Below the pieces are notes generated by a model that searched no databases, had not been told where the DNA came from, and worked only from the letters and a program-made list of their open reading frames with translations. A stretch of DNA of 64,000 nucleotides from Lama glama. Its lineage: Eukaryota. Made by a program: the position numbers and the translations under genes. Within the stretch, counting starts at the first letter, position 1, and the number at the start of each line of letters is the position of its first letter. The stretch is taken from contig CM052832.1 of the NCBI GenBank assembly GCA_028534125.1, positions 8,310,001 through 8,374,000 of the forward strand. The letters are read 5' to 3'. Below, piece after piece: positions 63,951 to 64,000 of this stretch.

Positions 63951-64000
63951 TAGGAATCCCAGAAATAAAACTCTCTAATCTTCCGGGCTTGGTGATTTAG

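Larger units (their letters stand above)
62377..64000 (-). other. VEGFA: VEGFA 3' UTR (distal part of terminal exon; CDS outside window)
   Basis: Reverse complement matches the recalled human VEGFA 3' UTR nearly continuously, e.g. ACACACCCACCCACATACATAC, TTGAAACCACTAGTTCTGTCCCCCCAGGAGACCTGG, TTTTTTCAGTATTCTTGGTTAATATTTAATTTC and the end GCATTTTGTATTAAAGAATTTAATTCTGATCTCAAA. Confidence 0.97.

Overview
Mammalian (eutherian, non-primate) genomic DNA, almost entirely non-coding. The right end (~62377-64000) is the distal ~1.6 kb of the VEGFA 3' UTR on the minus strand, recognised by recalled similarity to human VEGFA mRNA. It includes the CA-rich/AU-rich hypoxia-stability region, AREs, miRNA seed sites and the distal ATTAAA poly(A) signal; the VEGFA CDS lies beyond the window. 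The other ~62 kb is the intergenic region downstream of VEGFA. It is filled with ancient repeats (MIR, L2, L3/CR1, L1M, MER3/5/33/53/91, MLT1), one younger cetartiodactyl-type L1 3' end, microsatellites and an exact 500-N scaffold gap (10407-10906). I recognised no lineage-specific SINE, which together with the L1 type tentatively suggests a camelid. No ORF in the track looks like a real gene. I see no convincing new biological system. The best leads are two recurring dispersed/tandem GC-rich motif families (~39-40 bp and ~23-24 bp units), several motif-dense candidate VEGFA enhancers, a perfect 38-nt AU palindrome in the UTR and a recent complex micro-duplication. Repeat family names and boundaries are by eye and approximate.
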